A DNA stretch of 64,000 bases from Blastocystis sp. Blastoise (lineage: Eukaryota; Protista; Bigyra: Opalinata). The translations under genes and the position numbers were made by a program. The stretch covers positions 1,178,001-1,242,000 of the forward strand of contig JBBPEB010000014.1 of the NCBI GenBank assembly GCA_039096225.1. The letters run 5' to 3'. Under the pieces are notes generated by a model. The model was given only the letters and a program-made list of their open reading frames with translations. It did not search any database and was not told the DNA's origin. Within the stretch, counting starts at the first letter, position 1; each line of letters starts with the position of its first letter. Positions 47,385 to 64,000 of the stretch are shown piece after piece.

Positions 47385-50300
47385 TTATGTACAAACCGAT
47401 ACATGGACTAAAGGCTTGATTGTATCACACCACTATATATAGATAATAATAATAAGTTTAATAGATATAATTATAATAAATAGAATAAATAGAATAAATA
47501 GAATAAATAGAATAAATAGAATAAATAGAATAAATAGAATAAATATTATAAATGTAATAAATGTAATAAATAGAATAAATAGAATAAATAGAATAAATAG
47601 AATAAATAAATACATCAGGTTTCAGTTCATATTGTTCGCATATAGTAGATAATACTTTTGAGAGACCTCTCACTTTTCGATTATTGACAAAAACTGTGGG
47701 AAATGAAGAGATTCTCAATTTACTATGGGCTAAAGCTATGAGATCTTTTTGTAATTGCTATATATACATAATGTAAGAAAAAATGAACAATAAATTAAAA
47801 AATAATGAATACTAAACTAATATATATATATATATACTTTTATAGGTCGTTCGCTTTGTAGACATGTATATATAGATTGTATATCAATATTCGAAGCAAA
47901 AGCACATGTCTCCAAATAAGCAAAGGTATATTTATAGTAACTATTATAAACATATAATAATTTCAAAAAAATAATGAAAATAATTAAAATATAAAAATAA
48001 AATAATACAAATAAACAATATAAAAATAAAATAATACAAATAAACAATATAAAAATAAAATAATATATAAAAATAAAATAATATATAAAAATATATAAAA
48101 TATAATAATATATATACCTTGCAATACATCTATAGAATCTCCAATATCTAAATATATCTGGATAAATAAGATTTGTACATGTATAAAGTAAAGTAGTATA
48201 ACAAGATTCCATTTTAGTACCCGTACAAATAGAGTCAGCCATTGGAGGATCTATATGTGTGTCATCATCAAGAGTAGTTAAATAATGAAGTTGACCCTTA
48301 TTAATAGGATGTATATATAATAACAAATAATACTGAATACTATATATATATAATAATAATAATACATTTGATAATAACAATAAAAATATGATAATAATAA
48401 AGACATATATATATATATATATATATATGTACTCTTTTAAAACTAGTAAAGAGTTCATTATTCCCGCCAATAATTTGGCGCTATTTCTACAATCGAAATC
48501 AACAAATATATCAACACGAGGTGTATCTTTATTAATACTAATTTGATCTTTTATATAATAATCAGGATTATAAGTTTCATCTAAACTAATATCTCTACCT
48601 TGATCTCTTATTATACGTTTTATAGAACAATAATCATATGTATTCTTAGGTATATATTTACATATAATAGATGAAATTGTAGTATTTTCAAGAGTATATA
48701 TAGATTGATGAATCGCTACTAATGGTAAAGAAGAATCCATAAATGAAGTAGTATTATAATTACTTAATACTAAAGAATTACGTAATTTGATACTTTCAAT
48801 AAATTTATCTTTTGTTTCAGAAGATTTTACACAATCATTTATATTAATAGCATCTATTTGTAAGTCATTTAAACATTGAATAAAAGAATCTAATTTACGA
48901 TTTGATTTAGTAAGTAAACATACTGTAAAATACCATTCTTTTAATGGATTTTGAATCATATCTAAAGAACATATATAACGAGATACAGATCGAATCATTT
49001 TCTTTGTTGATGTATCTATCACTTGATCAACTTCAGAATCAAAATTAATATATAAATTCTGTAATGGTAAATAATGAATAGTTAATAATTGATAAATATC
49101 ACTTTCTAAAAGAGTAGTAATACTATTAATAAAAGAAGGCTCAATAATAGTATCAAGATCAAATATAATATTTATAGGAATAGGAGAAATCGAAGGAATA
49201 GGTGTATTCTTAATAATATTCATTATATAATCATTAGTATTAAATATTATAGGAGATATATATTGTAAAGGAAGTAAAGAAGAAAATATTTTTTGTATAT
49301 TAGAATACGATATATAACCTTCTATAGAAATATAGAATAAGATAGATAAATATATATATTTTATATAATAATAATAATAATAACAATTATATGTAAATAT
49401 ATATATACTATTATTATCGTTAGAAATCATTTTATTAAGAGATCTTTGTTTTATGAACGTAAGTGCATCCGATGAATTATATGTCCATTTTGGAAGATCT
49501 TCTTGTGTAGCAATAGTATCAGTTTGTAAAGCTATACAGATATATAATAAGTTAGTTATATCATAGTATTATAGTAATAAATTAATTATATCATAGTATT
49601 ATAGTAATAAGTTAATTATATTATAGTATTATTATAGTAATAAATTATATAGTATTACTATTTATATAGTATACAAAAATAATAATAATAATAATAAATA
49701 GAAGAATCATACTATTTAAGGCTGTATCATTTAAACCATACATATCTATAATTTCTTTAATACGTTCAAGGGGATTTACATGTATATTATTATCTTTATT
49801 ATTTAATATATTTTCTATCCAACTAGAATCTTTTTTATTATTATTGTTATCTTCTTCCTCTTCTTCTTCTGCTTTTTCGTCTTCTTCTTTATTTTTATCT
49901 ACTGTAGTAGTTGAAGAAGTTATATCATTATTATTATTATCAGAAGATAAAGACGTTGTACTTGAATTTTCATCATTAATTATTATTTTTTTCTTCTTTT
50001 CTTCTTTTTCTTCATCATCATTATCATCATTATCATTATCATCCTTCTTCTTATCTATTTGAGTAGTTGGATTTTCATCATTAATTATTATTTTTTTCTT
50101 CTTTTCTTCTTCATCATTATCATCATTATCATCATCATCATCATCCTTCTTTGGAATAATAGTTTTTATTTCTTGTACATCCACTGTTTCCGTATTTGTT
50201 TTCTCTGACATAATATCCTGAGGAGTACTTATACTTTCTTGCTCTTCAACTATATTATTATTATTCTCTTTATTATTAGTCTCTTTATTATTATTCTCTT

Positions 50301-52684
50301 TATTATTCTCATTATTATTATTCTCTTTATTATTATTCTCTTTATTACTATTCTCTTTATTATTCTCTGTAGTAGTCTGTATAGTAGATGCTGATTGTGA
50401 TTCAGAAGAGACAGTTGAAGATTTTTTATCCGATTTCTCATCATCTTCTTCATCACTTAAATTTAATAAAGACATTAATTTTCCATCTTGTTCTTGTTTC
50501 TTTGTATTCTCCGTAGAATCATTGGATGTATTTAATTGAGTTTCTGTTCTTGAATTATCTGATTGGACACTCTTGTTTAATGTTGTAGAATCTTGAATAG
50601 TATCCTTAGAAATATTGGTTTTCTTTGTAGTAGCATCACTCTTTTTATCATCTTCATCATCATTATCAAGAGATAGAATATTAGTCAATGAAGACTTATT
50701 CATTTCTATATATATATATATAGTAGAGTATAGTATACAATTGAATATAATAATAATTATTAATTATGATAAAAAAATAATGGAATATAATCATATCTAT
50801 ATATATGTATATAGAAATATAATATATTATATACTTTCAGATGTATCTTTTGTAGTCGTATCTTTAGTTAATTTCATAAATTGATCATCATCTTCATCAT
50901 CCTCATCATCATTGGATGTTGTTTTCTTTGTATCTTTTGGATTCTGTTGCCTTAAATGAGTTTTGGGTTCTTCTTTCTCTTTATTATTAATTATTTCTTT
51001 CTCTTTATTAATAATTATTTCTTTTCCTTTATTTATATCATTTATAGTAGAAGCTTCTTTTTCTTTCTTTATATTATTTATAGCTTCATTTTCTTTTTCT
51101 TTCTTTATATTATTTGTAGTAGCATTTTCTTTTTCTTTATTATTTTCTTTTATAAAATTTGGAGAAGAAGAAGACGACGAAGAAGTACCAGTACTACTTG
51201 TAGTACTACTAATATTATCATTGCTATTACTTTTAGCATTATTATTAGTATCTGTAGAATTAAATAATTTTGCCATATCATCAATAGTTAATGCTTTCTT
51301 TTGTTTTAATGGTTTTTGTTTAATACCCATTGCTTTTAATAAGGCAGCTTTACGTTCTTCTTCAGATACATCTTCTTGTTCACCTGTATCTAATACCTGA
51401 CTATCTATTCTTGTAGTTGTACCATCTTCATTATCAATTACTTCATTCTCTTTCTTTTTCATAATCTTCTCAAATTCTTCTTCAATATTCACAATTTTTT
51501 GTTTTTTCTTCTCTGCTATAATCAATTCAACAGCCCTATGTTCAATAGAAGAAAGAGCTATCTGTTGTTTCTTTTCATCACTAATTGGTGTTGCAGCAAC
51601 TATAATATAATTAGATAAAAATTAAATATTTTTATAATATATAAATAATTATACAAATATGTTTGCAACATATATTATTTGTTTATTATTATTATTATTA
51701 TTAATATATATATATATATACCTGGAGCAGTTTCTTGTGGTTTTCCAGTAAGTTCTTCTTCTGTATATGGCATTCTGGTTGAATAAACATTACGAGTGGT
51801 AGGAGGAGCTATAAAATAAGGAGATAATAATATGATATATATAATATAAATATAAATATAATAATAATAATATAATAAAAATAATAATAATAATAATAAA
51901 TAAAAATAAGAATACATATTACATACTATACTTAAAATACATATAATGATTTTTAATAATATCATATTTGTCAATAGGAATAACATTATAATTTAGACTT
52001 AATCGTTTTTCTTCATCTTTTGGTTCAATTTCCATTTCATATAATCGTTTATAATAAGAAACACGGTTTTTCACTTCTTTATCAATACCTGTACATCTTG
52101 ATTCACATGTATAGTTACCTATAATAACCACGGGAGCAGACATTTTATTATTAACAAATAAAGAAGTAAAAGCATCATAATGTTCTAATACCTATATAAA
52201 TAATAATAAATATAAAAAAAAATAATATATAAATAATAAATAATCTATAAATATATATACTTTTCTTCCCTTTGATGTACCTGTACATTCATAAAAGTGA
52301 TTAATAGGGAATTGAGGCTCAAAACAATTACGAATAGCCATATCATCCGTTATTTTTACACTATATAATCAATATAATATATGTAATATATGTAATAAAT
52401 ATAATAAATATAATAAATATAATAAATATAATAAATATAATCAATATAATAAATAAAATAAATATAGTATAATATACTAAAATAAGCATTTCAAAGCTTT
52501 AACTTGTTTCTTTTGAGAATAAATCATATCTAATGCACACATTCCATAAATATATTTAATACATTTCTCATCTTCCATATCACATAGTTGATTTCCTTCA
52601 TTCAATTTAATAGAAGCAGGAAGCATAGGAACAATATGAACTACATACCAAGTATCAATACTATATAATAATAATAATAATAAG

Positions 52685-52719
<35 letters not shown>

Positions 52720-53905
52720 TAATAAATATTGTTCATTATTAATGTATAAAAAAAAATATATATATATACCTTTGGGTTTGTAAAAGATGAAGAGAAAGAT
52801 AAGTCCATACAAAAATATTACTAATACTTATAAAATCAGTAAATACAGTCACATATATCTATATAATAATCACAATAATAAGTATAATAATAATAATAAT
52901 AATATATATATATATACCTTATAAGGAAGAGGAACAGATCCTACAAAATGTCGTTTAACAGGAGGAGGCGTTGTAACTACTTTCTTTTCAGTCTATTATA
53001 TATTATATATATTATATATTTATTATAGATAATAAAAATATACGGCAACAGGAGCTAAACATGGCTATAGAAAAAAATAATAAATAATAAATAATAAATA
53101 ATAAATAGTAAATATTAAATAATAAATATACAGGTGGTATAACGTCGCCTTTAAAAGATTCACAAATAACATCTTTAAGATTAGGACATTCCCCAGGACA
53201 GATTTTGCCGTCAACAACAATTGTAGGGAATTGAGCAATAGGATCAGGATAAGCACGATAACGTTGAACAACCATCTCTTTAAATACCTAAAAAAAAAAT
53301 AGAAAAATTATTAAAAAAATAAATAATGATCTATATACATCTCCTTCTTCTTTTGCACATTTCTTAATAACTCTCCAATCAACTCGGCCATCCACAGAAC
53401 ATTGATAACCCCAAAGATCTAGTTCTTCACTATGTCTATAAAAATAAATTAGTTTAAATAAAAAAAAAATCTTGTATTTAATATAGCTACATACAATTGA
53501 ATACATTTCAAAAACTCAACAGATGAACGTGGACCCATCATCTTAACACAACAATATTGATAAAGCTCTACTCTACATTCATTACGACCATTTAAACATT
53601 TTCCTAATCCAGTTTCAGGATCGATCTCAGTCCTTCCAAGTGGATCAAATGAAAAACTTGTGAAACGAAATATACTAAGCTATAAAAATCATACAAAAAT
53701 GATACATACGGATCCTTTACATAACTCTTCAAATGTTCTGCAATATAAAGTTGCGATGCAAGTTGTCCCGCTTGTGTATGAAGTGACACTGTAACCGAAT
53801 TCTAAAATAATTATTGTTTTCATGCAAAAAAATAATAGAAAAATATACTGCTAGATAACACAGTACTGCCAGTATTAAAATACAATTCTTTTCAAAATGA
53901 ATCAT
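47385..53905 (-). CDS. Secreted multi-domain GILT-like (gamma-interferon-inducible lysosomal thiol reductase, thioredoxin fold) protein with four repeats and a charged low-complexity linker
   Basis: Signal peptide. Domain 1 has FDPLGRT...KCLNGRNECRVELYQYC...VDWRVIKKCAKEEG...FPTIVVDG...LKDVIC. The same Cys spacing recurs at about 52860-51950, 49300-48650 and 48530-47600 (VDIFVDFDCRNS...FPTVFVNN...LSTICEQY). The splice phases checked were consistent. Confidence 0.72.
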
Positions 53906-54435
53906 ACTTCTATATACTATTTTTAAATACTTTTTAAATATGACTAACTAAATAAGAAACAGAAGCCCTTAATAAAGAAAAATAATGGGAATTGTAAAAT
54001 TTTTTATGGATATTATTGGATATTCATGAATTTTTTTCTATCAACTCCAAATATTTTGTTTGTTGAATATCGTATTTGTTCTTCTTTTAATAAGTTTGTC
54101 TTATGAACATTTTTAATATCTTCAGCTCTCTCAATCACATACTCTAACATCTCTGAAAAACAATGAATTCTATTAGAAATTTGTAAAGCTACAAGCTTAT
54201 TTCTTAGTTTATATACTTGAAAGAAATCTAAACAAGTAATTTTTAAATGATTAACTTAAAGTAACGAAAAAATGAAAAAGAATGAAAAATAAATATAATT
54301 AAAAATAAAAAAAAAAAGAATCGATATTAATAATTGATATAAAACAGACGAAAAACAAGATGTATAAATATTAAAACAATATTATAGATATAAAACAGAA
54401 ACAGAGTAAAAATATTTAAACTAATAAATGAGAAT

Positions 54436-64000
<9,565 letters not shown>

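Overview
Very AT-rich (roughly one-fifth GC by eye), intron-rich eukaryotic nuclear DNA. The gene set (PA14/Ig surface protein, GtaA-type glutaminase family, Nkp2-like protein, a U12 intron, TGTTT(T)GTT motifs after genes) is most consistent with a Blastocystis-lineage stramenopile; that is an inference. Ten ordinary protein genes can be reconstructed by hand splicing: ABCC/MRP transporter, Cnl2/Nkp2-like kinetochore protein, PA14/Ig membrane protein, GtaA-like glutaminase, a giant SANT-like/PHD protein, a C2H2 zinc-finger factor, a secreted Cys-rich protein, a cyclophilin, a four-domain GILT-like protein and a 5'-truncated CHD-type remodeler with about 9-10 PHD-type fingers. Most ORF-track entries are microsatellite or antisense artefacts. 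The unexplained part is the first 4.3 kb: (i) a perfectly paired tRNA-like four-way junction at 1170-1238; (ii) a 7-exon spliced unit at 3068-3789 with no continuous ORF that yields an ornithine decarboxylase antizyme-like protein if the ribosome shifts +1 at every stop (up to nine shifts); (iii) a 73-bp-period GC-rich triple repeat. Also notable are an AT-AC minor intron (21864-21941) and an in-frame TAA in a conserved CHD motif (63851-63853). All family calls are by-eye motif recognition; no searches were run.
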